This document shows, piece by piece, positions 62,888-64,000 of a DNA stretch of 64,000 nucleotides. Position numbers and translations under genes: made by a program. The notes below the pieces were generated by a model. That model saw only the letters and a list, made by a program, of their open reading frames with translations, ran no database searches and was not told where the DNA came from. This stretch comes from Stylophora pistillata (Eukaryota). Location: contig NW_019217954.1 of assembly GCF_002571385.2 (NCBI RefSeq), forward strand, positions 506,566-570,565, read 5' to 3'. How positions within the stretch are numbered: the stretch's first letter is position 1; each line of letters starts with the position of its first letter.

Positions 62888-64000
62888 TTGATTTCTTTTG
62901 ATAACAATTTTCAATCTCATGAATAGGTTATAAAACATATCAAAGGAAACAAGAATCACGGTGAAAAAATAGATTGAAGAGTGAACATAGCTTTGAAACG
63001 AACGGTACAATAAATGGACAACCAGAAACCATGAACAACTTAATGCAATAGTTGATCAACCTTTATTTACACGGTCATAATTTTTCTACCACAGAAGTAA
63101 GACATACCACGCATAGTCAAAGTCTAATGATGGTATTTTGGACGAGCATTCATCACAAGCTTTTTATTATTTTATTTCTCTAACCAGGAAAGGTGTCAGT
63201 CCTGATTGCCTCTAAACTCCTCAAAACTCTTCAAAGATAACCGTTTACACGTCGTTATTTGTCTCCTCCCGTTTCACGTCGGATGTAGTTTCGCTTAGGG
63301 TTTTGAAGATCTCTCTAAGAGGAAGGTTGTTTTCCTTGGTTTATTCCGGGGGGTGTGGGGGGGGAAATAATAGAATGATCAGCTAGCATCTTTAGAGGGT
63401 GTTGGAGAAGTTTTCTAGGGTAGTAACGTGGAGTTTACTCGGGCTCTGCTTTATTTCTAAGTTTAATTCTTTCGTTTTAGATGTATAGTACATAATAATT
63501 TACATACAGTATCAGGTGCAGCAATCTGGCAAACGTCTACACCCGCTATTCAGTTTTGCTCAAACTGTCTTTTTCAGTGAGACAATGGTTTATTTGAAGA
63601 TTGTAGTTAAAGAGGAATAGTTTATGTCTACCGGGATTGAAGCTTTCAAGACGATACGATGATATACTGCTTACAGGTTAGAAAGCTCTACTTCTTGCTT
63701 AGTCCATTATTATATTTTACAAAAACCAATTCAGTCGGTGAGTTTGACAATAAGACACTGCCCACTAACTTTTAATCGTTTATCTTTTTCAATCTTGAAA
63801 CTGCTTCAACAAACAGTTTTTCGGTCAGATCTCAATAATAAAAAAATTGCTTCAATGAATGATGTTAGTACTGAGCAGCTTCAGACGTTAATCCTATCGC
63901 TAATTAAGGGCAAACTAAAATTTAACAACATAAAGGTTTAAAATGACCTCAAGGTTTGGCTTTGGTGAACTGCTTGGAAATGTAGCATCCCGCCGTGGTT

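Overview
AT-rich, intron-containing animal DNA. The repeat families and opsin type suggest an anthozoan, most likely a stony coral (inference). Gene models were rebuilt by hand from GT-AG junctions: TMEM138 (minus, 4 exons, 160 aa); an uncharacterised 3-exon gene (plus, about 300 aa); a CREB3L1/CREB3L2-type ER-membrane bZIP factor (plus, 10 exons, 487 aa); and a GPCR cluster of two intronless, convergent opsin paralogs (both K296 and E181) flanking a 2-exon non-opsin class A GPCR. About 125 bp upstream of the second opsin's ATG is a nested insertion. A long-TIR DNA element with a target-site duplication contains a near full-length, decayed Naiad-type Penelope-like retroelement (RT + GIY-YIG). 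That retroelement carries an intact minimal hammerhead ribozyme on the opsin's sense strand. The window also holds a second, core-mutated hammerhead, Kolobok-like THAP remnants, tRNA-SINEs, many MITEs, a probable 2031-bp assembly duplication and a 331-N gap. No database search was possible, so family assignments rest on motif recognition.
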